Part shown: positions 35,147 through 35,575 of the stretch, piece by piece
How positions within the stretch are numbered: position 1 is the first letter of the stretch
How the letters are laid out: each line of letters starts with the position of its first letter
IMG/VR virus record: IMGVR_UViG_3300043414_000189
Coordinates: 1 to 35,575 of that record
Reading direction: 5' to 3' (one strand)
DNA from: a virus
Lineage: Duplodnaviria > Caudoviricetes
DNA: 35,575 nucleotides
Program-made: the position numbers and the translations under genes
The notes under the pieces: model-generated
Seen by the model: the letters and a program-made list of their open reading frames with translations, nothing else
Databases searched by the model: none
What the model was told of the DNA's origin: nothing

Positions 35147-35575
35147 ATTTTTGGCTTGCGTGCTGAATTATTGTGCACTAACATGGGTGGGCGTTGATCT
35201 CCTCCGTTTAACGCACCCCGCTAAACGGCGGCTTGAGCGTTGCGGGCGCTCACCCGGCGGTCGCCGTTGCCTTATGAAAGGGCGTTTGTGGACCATCAGA
35301 AGAACGCTGCGCTGTTTGTATCTGTGCTGTTTCATAGCGGCACGAATGCCCATTTCATGCACTTGCAGACGAAAAGTTATTCTGAGCACAAAGCACTTCA
35401 GAAATACTACGAAGGCATCGTCGACATTGTGGACCGCTGGGCCGAGGCGTTTCAAGGCTGTTATTCTGTTATTGATACCTATCCCTCGGACTTTCATATC
35501 GCAAAGTCACCGCTGCCTTACTTGGGAAAGATTAAGGATTTTGTGGACTCGATCCGCAAAGTGTTACCGGACGAC
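35146..35575. repeat. Terminal direct repeat, copy 2
   Basis: Colinear with 1-430. Confidence 0.95.
35288..35575 (+). CDS. Truncated second allele of the ferritin/Dps-like gene (runs off the window)
   Basis: MDHQKNAALFVSVLFHSG...RKVLPDD; 7 amino-acid differences from 143-430. Confidence 0.75.
   Translation, partial: MDHQKNAALFVSVLFHSGTNAHFMHLQTKSYSEHKALQKYYEGIVDIVDRWAEAFQGCYSVIDTYPSDFHIAKSPLPYLGKIKDFVDSIRKVLPDD

Noticed and set aside
1-35575. Stop-codon reassignment
   Set aside because: Genes are intact and densely packed under the standard code. The two apparent interruptions are explained by an intron and by a secondary overlapping frame.

Overview
This window is an apparently complete (~35.1 kb unit, circularly overlapping) tailed dsDNA phage genome with a podovirus-like layout and probably a Gram-negative host. 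The + strand (1-24.9 kb) carries packaging, head, tail/ejection and lysis genes. A - strand block (24.9-30.3 kb) holds small early genes plus a Sak4/DUF669/Cas4-like recombination cassette. A + strand block (30.4-35.1 kb) encodes a Cro-like regulator, a C5 DNA methyltransferase, a primase-helicase, a candidate origin and a nuclease. I saw no integrase, DNA polymerase, tRNA or CRISPR array. The strongest discovery is a compact 240-nt, ORF-less group I intron (8984-9223) splitting the major capsid protein gene. Other notable features are an EcoHK31I-beta-like overlapping reading frame inside the methyltransferase, a signal-less outer-membrane beta-barrel-like mini-protein next to the terminase, a hairpin-bridged ribosome binding site, candidate virion-modifying enzymes within the structural operon, and divergent terminal copies of a ferritin-like gene. 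All family assignments come from motif recognition by eye; no searches were run.
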